Assembly (NCBI RefSeq): GCF_006345805.1
Contig: NW_021833692.1
Span: 1-56,302, forward strand
DNA from: Octopus sinensis
Lineage: Eukaryota
Direction of reading: 5' to 3'
Length of the DNA: 56,302 nucleotides
Numbering within the stretch: position 1 is the first letter of the stretch; each line of letters begins with the position of its first letter. Positions 48,960 to 56,302 of this stretch are shown piece after piece. The notes under the pieces were generated by a model. The model was not told the DNA's origin. It did not search any database and worked only from the letters and a program-made list of their open reading frames with translations. A program made the position numbers and the translations under genes.

Positions 48960-50965
48960 TACTTTTACTTCCGACACATGTTTTGAAAATTTCACTGATA
49001 TTATTCAAAAGGAATAAATGGTATAAAACAATGTAATCTTCTCTTCAGGGAAGTGAAGAAATGAAACTCGTCAATAAGACATTTTAACAGAAAATGATGG
49101 ATATGTTTAGTGATTTACCGAATGCTATTAATATTGTTTGAAAAAGCGTTATATGATATAACGTCAGAAGTAGCCTATAGAAAGAGGAGGGATATTTTTT
49201 TAGTGAATGTTAAATATAAAAAGAAAATTAACGTCTAAATTATATATAATGATAGAGATTACTTATATGAACTAAAGGTGTGTTTTTGCCAATGTTTACA
49301 TCAGTATGCACATTCTATAACCGTGTTTACTAGGGGATTTTTAGAAAAAAATGAAAAATAGTTCAGAATTACAGAGAAGACAGAATTCCTTGCCTTTGCC
49401 ATGAGGTATCGAGATTGAGAGAATCAACCATTCTAAATTATATTGTTCATTATCGTCTTTTAGATCCCAAATTAATTTACTGAGCCCTGTACTGTTACGT
49501 TTATTCCTATCCCTAAGTGTTGAGTAATGGCTAGAAATTCTTTTAGATAACTGTAACGACGTGCTTCCAATGTAAAATCTTACTTTATTATGTGTAATTA
49601 TTTTACACTGGTATATAGAATTTTTAATTTTAGAGTTACTTGACATAAACTTAATTCTGTTGGAATTGACTTCAGATACAATAACCTTGTTAGCAATATT
49701 TCTAGAAGGATGGATGGTATTAGCTAAATTAATGTTAGTATCAGTAAATGTATTAATATTTAACAGGTTGTTATGTGAAGAGATAATTTGTAAGAGATTT
49801 TTTTTTGTTGGAAAAACCAATCCTAACCGTATGTGAATTGATAATAGGGTAATATCTAGAATTTTTTGGAAAATTCCTAATAATAGCTTGACGAAACAGC
49901 AATGGGAAATTAGATTTAATTTGTCTCCCGTATGGAATAATTAATCAAATATTTTTACTATTATTTATCTTATTTTTAGTGTAATTATTTTTGAAAGCCT
50001 TGCATTTACTTTTAGAATGGTAATAGGGGATTAAATAAGGGTTATCTCCCTTCCTCCGCTTTGTATCGGTGCGTATATTAAACTTGTTATCAATAATTCC
50101 ATTACAACTAGATTTCATATCTACATTATTGAAGTTAGAATGAGACTGAATAGAATCAATGTAGAAAATTTTCTCTGTATAACCTGCTTTAACTGTTTCG
50201 TTACTGTATTTATTTTGAGATGCTCTGCGTTTCTTTCAATTACTTTAAATATAACAAAGAATTTAGTAAAATAACTTAGTTATCATTAAGCTAGTGTTAG
50301 GAACATAAATTGCGACTAAGGTTTGGTGGAAGATTTTAATTGGAAACTTATGAAAACAAGACACTTCTATTCAGAACCAGAGCCGGTTTCAGCCGGGTTG
50401 GTAACGAAAGGGTTAAGTAAGGCAGAGTTATAAAATTCAGCATTATCATTGAAAATATCAACATTAGCAGATAACTTAGATAATCTAAATGAAATATTCT
50501 TCACTAAGTTCCTAGTAATTGCCCTAGAATGATTACTAAATTTACTAATGTACTTAAGATTGGTCAATGGTTTATGATATGGGAAGTAAGAGTTATTGTG
50601 TAAGTTAAGCTTAATATCTGAAAAGTTGGCCTTCGTCATATCATCATAAAAAATTATGCTTAAGCCCATTCTACGGAAAAAATTTAACTAAAATATACTT
50701 TTTGTACATTTTGGTTGGAAACATTTTGGGGGTAAAGTAAACAATCATCACGATATAGACCTCCATTAATGTTAGGGAACTGTTCTGCCATTTCAAAAAG
50801 TATATATATACAGACTAAATCAGCTATTTGTGCTGAATCAGAACTTCCCATTGTAACATCAAAGCTATCTGGTGTGTCTTTATGGACCCACAACTTATTG
50901 TCAAATTTTATAATAAATTTTCTGGCTGCCAACAGAACATTAATTTCTTCTCTGTTGAGACCAGC
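48960..50965 (-). mobile_element. Penelope-like retroelement (RT C-terminus plus GIY-YIG endonuclease), 5'-truncated, degenerate
   Basis: FDVTMGSSDSAQIADLV..GGLYRDD (RT). NFSDIKLNL..YHKP..YISKFSNH (thumb). IYQCKI..FYIGST..KRISSH..STGLSKLIW..CLLCNSE (GIY-YIG). Confidence 0.9.
50193..50412. mobile_element. piggyBac-type MITE inserted in the Penelope ORF
   Basis: TTAA at 50189-50192 and 50413-50416. TIR-like ends CTGTTTCGTTAC / GTAACGAAAGGG. Confidence 0.75.
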
Positions 50966-51040
50966 TTAGTTATGGGCAAGCCAAAGTGCCTTTATATATC
51001 TATATATATACACACACATGTATATGTATGTGCGTGTGTG

Positions 51041-51074
<34 letters not shown>

Positions 51075-51120
51075 CACATACATATACATGTGCGTGTGTG
51101 TATATATATAGATATATATA

Positions 51121-54100
51121 AATCCTTAAAATCCTTAAAAATGTTTTAGCCCGAAGGCCACTGCCATGCTGGGGCACAACCACTGAATGAGCTACACTAA
51201 TATGTGAATCCACCTCTGATACGTGGCACTTGATCAACAAGGGAGTTCGATGCTGCTGCCCACATCTGCGTCTCCTGTCGTAAGGTAGGTTCATCTGGGA
51301 CTCCCGACAAGAAGAGATCCAGTTTAGTTTTAAAGAAACCCACATCCACACCATGTAAGTCTCTCAGGCATTTAGGGAGGATGTTAAAGAGCTGTGGTCC
51401 TCTGAAACCCAAGCTGTTGCAGTATCTGGTCCTGTATTTTGATGGTGATGTTGGAATCTTTGGCACCATGCAGTGGCGCCCCATTCTGCAGTTGGGGTAA
51501 CTTTAAATGCCAAAGTTTGGGACAAGACCCTCCAGGATTTTCCAGATGTATATCACCGCATATCTCTCCCGCATCCGCTCTAGGGAGAAGAGGTTTAATG
51601 CTTTCAGTCTTTCCCAGTAGCTGATATTTTGCATTGAGACGATCTTTGTGTAGCTTCTCTGAATTGCTTCGAGTTCTGCTGTTAGTTTTATATTGTGTAG
51701 TGACCATAGTTGGGAGCAGTAGTCCAAGCAGCTGAGGACGAATGTTTTCCAAAGGACCATCAGTGTCTCCTTCTCTCTTGTTCTGAAAGTTCGGAGAATC
51801 CATCCAGCTAGCTGTCTGCATTTTATCACCAGATTAGTTATATGCACTTGGAAAGATGCATCATTGCTCATGTCAATGCCCAGGTCACGCACTGATTTTG
51901 ACTCAGGGATTGCAATTCTTCCTGGGCCAGTGTATCCAGTCTGCACGTCGTTTACCTTTGTGTGCCGGTAGCACAGGGCCTAGAACTTACCTGCATTAAA
52001 CTGCATGTTGTTGTCCTCAGCCCACCTGTATATTGTGTCCAACTCCTGTTGCAGATTCGCAATATTTCCAGGGTTTTGTATTGTGTGGGAGACTTTTGTG
52101 TCATCTGCATAGCTAGGAAGGGTGGCCATCATAGCAACTGAAGGCATGTCTGAAAGGGCCACTATGAACAGCAGTGGCCCCAAGACAGTGCCCTGTGGGA
52201 CACCGCTTGTTATTTGTGTTTCCTTGGAGCTGGCTCCATTGCTCACAACTGCCTGTCTTCTGTCTTTTAGGAAGTTGTGCAGCCACTCTCCAAGTTTTCC
52301 GCCTATGCCGAGACCACGCAGTTTGTGACAGATCATACCAAAGTCGACTTTATCAAAGGCTTTTGCAAAGTCGAGATATATTACATCCACATTTGGGCCA
52401 TTTAGTAGCTGTTTTAACACCCAGTCATAGTGTTGCAGGAGCTGTGTTTGGCAGCTTCTACCTGGTCGAAATCCATGCTGGGTGTCAGACAGCAAGTCAT
52501 TTTCTTCAAGGAACCTGATTAGTTTCTTACGGACTATTCGTTCCATGACTTTGCTGATGTGTGAGGTCAGAGAGATAGGCCTATAATTTTTAGCATCTGC
52601 TCTGCTACCTCCCTTATGGATAGGGCATATTACGCCCTCCTTCAATTTGACTGGGAGCTTACTACCTGCAAGAAAGCTCTGAAAAAGAAGCTGTAGCGGT
52701 TTTGCAAAGGCTCGTTTGCACGATTTGAGAAGGATCGCTGGAAATCCGTCAGGTCCAGCAGCTGAGTTTGTGTCAATCTCATCTATGGCCAGTGTGATAT
52801 CATCATCTTCAATGTTGATGTACTCAATTTTTGCCTCTTTGGCCGCAGGTAAAGTGGCAAAGAATTCTTCTGGGTTGTTTACTTGCCTGTGTCCTAGAGG
52901 TGTAGTGAACACACTTTGGAATCGTTTGTTCAGTATTTCACTTATCCTCGTGGGATTTCCTCTGAGAGAGCCATCTTTTTGGAAGAGAGGTCCTAATCTC
53001 TGGTACACTGTGGCTGTCTCTTTGCAAACTTAAAAAAAGCTTTAGGGTTTGATTTTATATTTATCTATTACCCAAGCTTCTTTATCTGCTCTCTCCTTTT
53101 CATGGGACTGATGTAGACTTTTCTCAATTTCCATTAGCATTCTCTCGAGCCGAGACTTCTCACCACTTTTGGTGTGCTTGCTCAGGCGGTTCGCAATCCT
53201 TGTCTGTCGTCTCATAAGAATCTTCCTTTCTCTAGGGATCCTGTTTTTGTTTTTGTGTGTGCTGGCCCTGCACACTGGGACATATTTGTCACATATGGCT
53301 TGTATTATGGACATGAAGTGTTTGTGTTTCATGTTAATGTCCGGTGTGGAGAGACATTTAGGCCAATCCTGTTTGAGGATCTCTTTCTCAATCAACTTCC
53401 AGTTTGCTTTATGAAAGTTTAATTTGGAGAGATGGTGGATGCTTTGTATAGGCTGTGTGTCTACGGGTGCTTTTGTTCCATACATAGACAGCTCTATTAT
53501 GTTGTGATCCAAGATCATTATCAGCATCACTTTAACATTATGGATAATATCCATATTGTTTGTGAAGCAGAGATCCAGTATATTATCTGCCCTTGTTGGT
53601 TGCAGAACTATTTGCTCCATGAAAGAGGCATTTGTGAGATGGAGCAGGGACTCTGCCTGTGCCTGCTGATGGTGTGTCATCCCTGAGAGCATCTGCCCCT
53701 CAGGTCATTCCACATTGGGGAAGTTAAAGTCACCCATGAAGAATACACTGTTGTGTTGTTCAAGGTTGGTGAGGACTTCTCCTATTTTTGTTAGGCAGTC
53801 TTCAAACATGCCTGTGTGATTTGGGGCATCTGGTGGGCGATATGTAGTGCATATGACGATATTCATTTGTCTTATGTGTACAATTTGAGTGTCACACATT
53901 GAGTTTGAATATGACAACAGGACCTGGGGCGTGAGGTCATCTCGGATGTACATTGCAACTCCACCATGGCTCCTCCCTTTTCTATCTGTGCGTATGACTG
54001 CATATTGCGGCATATGTATTTCTGCATTCCCTATATCGGGTCCAAGATCCGTTTTTGTGAGTGCCATGCATATAGCTTGATTGCATGTCACAAGGTCTCT

Positions 54101-56075
54101 CAGGAATGAAATTTTCTTTTTACAGTTTCCGCGCAGTAGCCTTCCTACGTTCAGTAGAAATATTTTTGTGGTGTGTGTTGTTGATGTCTGTGGTGGCCAT
54201 CCTGCATCTGTTGGTGGTGGCCTTATGTGGTGGTAGTTCCAGCTTTGTGCTTGTAGCCAGGTCAGCTGCTGAACAATTTTTTGTGCCATGCACAAAAAAG
54301 ATTGCTGTTCAGCTGCTGCCCTTCTCACATCTGGGTGAAGCTGGCCATTTGTTGGGTTACCGCGCACCACATCAGCATATGGTCTTTCAGGAGTGGTCAG
54401 TGCGCTTTTTTCCTTCTTTTATATTTTTCTTTTTCTTTTTGTTCTCCCCAAGGGAGGGACCCCTGTCTCACGTCCGTGCAGTTTTGGTAGGGCCTCTGAT
54501 GTGCAAAGCGACAGTTTGCACCTTCGACGCCGTACCAGTAGTCCCCCTTCAGGTAGAATTTGCAGATGTTTCTTCCTTTGCCCTTATAGTTCTTGCTGTG
54601 GTTCTTTTGTTTTTTCTGAACAGGGTTTGTTTTAGCTTTAATTTTCTTGTCTTTTACCTCCTGTTTCTCATCAATTTTAGGGTGCTTTTCTTTATTTGCG
54701 GCCATCGCACCTCTTTGGTCTTCAGTTGTGGTGTTGGGAGCTGGACACGTGTCATTGTTTCCCTTTGTTCTAGGTTTCTCAGTTTTGTCTTTTGTTGGGT
54801 CCTGGATGTTTTCTTCATTCTTTTGGCCTTCCCTGGTGCAGTCACCTCCTAGGATGATGTCCAGTGTGTCTACGTGTTGCCTGATTAGAGCGTATGAACG
54901 GAGAAATTCTTGTTTCTTTTGCTCTTTCTGGGCGGTGGTTCTTGAAAAATCATTGCTCTTCAGCGCCGCTGCAATGATATTGTTCGGCGAGTCGCCCTCG
55001 GCAATCTTCCAAGCGCGGACGAACAATTGCATCTCCCTCGCAGACCAGTTTCTTGATATTTTCGCCCGAGATACAGTGAGAGTGAAATATAGGAACAGAG
55101 AGAGAAGGAAAGATAAGATGGTTGACCGGAGAGGGAGAGGAGAAAGGAGAAAAGCCAGGGGGGAATAGAGAGAGAGATGAGGGGATTGTCCTGAGAGAAG
55201 AGAGAAAGAATGGCAGGTCAGCAGGGGGAGAGTGAGCGGGATAGAGGTGTAGTAGAGAGAAAGTAAAGGGACAGGGAGGAAAAGAGAGACAAGAGGATGG
55301 ACCTTCGAGGGAGTAGGGAGAAGAAAGGCGGAGAGATAAAATGGAGAGGGAGAGAGAGAGAGGGCGGGATAGAGGTACCAGAGAGTGAAGTAAAGGGACA
55401 GAGAGGGTGGTGTGGAGGAAGGAGACAGAGAGAGGAAAAAGAGACAAGGGGGTGAACCTTAGAGGGAGCAGGGAGAGGAAAGGTAGGGAGAAAAGGGGGA
55501 GAGGGAGAGAGGGTGGGATAGAGGTACCCGAGAGTGAAGTAAAGGGACAGAGAGGGTGCTGTGGATAAAAAAAGAGAGAGGAAAATAGAGACAAGGGGGT
55601 GAGCCATAGAGGGAGCAGGGAGAGGAAAGATAGGAAGAAAAAAGGGGGGAGAGGGAAAGAGGGGGTGCAAGAGAGTGTAGTAAAGGGACAGGGAGGGTGG
55701 TGTAGAGAAAGAAATAAGGGGACAGAAGGAGAAGAGGGAAAGGGGTTTGACATGTGAAGGAGCGGAGAGAAGAGAGGCAGAGAGAGGGAGGGAGAGTAAC
55801 AGAGAGAAAAAGAGAGAGAGGGCGGGATATAGATACAGGAGAGAATGAGTGAAGTAGAGGAACTGAGAGGGAGTGAGATGTGAAAAAGTTGATCTGAAAG
55901 AGAGATGCAGAAAGAGAAATGATGGCAAAGAGAGAGAGAGAGAGAGAGCGGAAATAGTGGGTCTGGTGGATGGAGAGACAGATAAGGTATAGAAATGTAA
56001 GAAAGAGATAGAGAGAGTATGGCAGATAGGAAGGCAGTATCCGGACGAATCTATAAACAAACGCGTTAAAGATAA
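51121..56075 (-). mobile_element. Near full-length CR1-type LINE, degenerate
   Basis: Endonuclease (LLNVGRL, HGGVAMYI, YRPPD, MGDFNFP, LDLCFTN) and RT (NYRPISLTS, QHGFRPGRSC, LDFAKAFDKV, GVPQGTVLGPLLF, YADDTK). Short tandem tail (TTTTAAGGA)2 at 51121-51140. ORF1-like region 54400-55075. CT-rich 5' UTR. The 5' boundary is approximate. Confidence 0.88.
55190..55760. repeat. Purine-rich imperfect tandem repeat (~127-149 bp, 4 units) in the CR1 5' region
   Basis: Anchor GTAAAGGGACA at 55263, 55390, 55539 and 55680, within an AG-rich tract spanning ~55080-56030. Confidence 0.8.
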
Positions 56076-56302
56076 AATAGCACGTATTTTTTTTTAATAT
56101 CTTTTATATCTATAATCGCGATTATATCTATGTATTATTAGGCGATCTTAGAACCGTAAGATCGTCAATTATTAATAATAATAAATAATGTTTTTGTTGT
56201 TTTTGTTTTTTTTGTTTTCGTTTTTGTTTATTTTATTTTTTTTCTCTTTATATTCTGGTTGAGAGAACACTAATAATAAATAATATTTTTCCTTAACTTT
56301 CC

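Noticed and set aside
49049-49087. Candidate short terminal exon (CTCTTCAG|GGA..GSEEMKLVNKTF*), phase-compatible with the donor at 37914
   Set aside because: It has only 12 codons, no homology support, and lies antisense in the Penelope 3' region. RNA-seq is needed.
54950-56060. 267-aa and 280-aa S/L/P/F-rich minus-strand ORFs
   Set aside because: Pyrimidine-rich DNA lacks stop codons by composition, and no domain signal is visible.

Overview
AT-rich eukaryotic genomic DNA. The repeat families suggest a coleoid cephalopod, probably Octopus (inference from recalled repeat motifs, not a database match). The only host gene is a + strand ZNF318-like matrin-type zinc-finger gene. Five coding exons (473-3442, 31601-31756, 34706-34802, 35052-35170, 36469-37914) have canonical AG/GT sites and matching phases. 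The first has an acceptor and the last a donor, so the gene probably extends beyond them. The 28-kb intron and the downstream 18 kb are a nested transposon cluster: five Helitron copies of related families, three RTE LINE remnants plus several solo RTE 3' tails, a Tx1/L1-clade LINE, two mariners, a Penelope element, a near full-length CR1-type LINE, an older degenerate LINE, two TTAA-flanked MITEs, tRNA-headed SINEs and long TA microsatellites. The most unusual structure is at 16653-24268. A non-autonomous Helitron carries, head-to-tail, an ORF1-only element with an intact 497-aa ORF and a Tx1-like LINE. The two share a ~65-bp 3' end, and both end at a 16-bp motif (TTCCAGTCTGTTATAT) that also occurs unoccupied in two other Helitron copies here. 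This may be a target-specific LINE plus half-LINE system parasitising a Helitron. The same Helitron family has captured a 5' fragment of a third Tx1 ORF1. A partial hammerhead-ribozyme core lies in the tail of a tRNA-headed SINE at ~31.3 kb.
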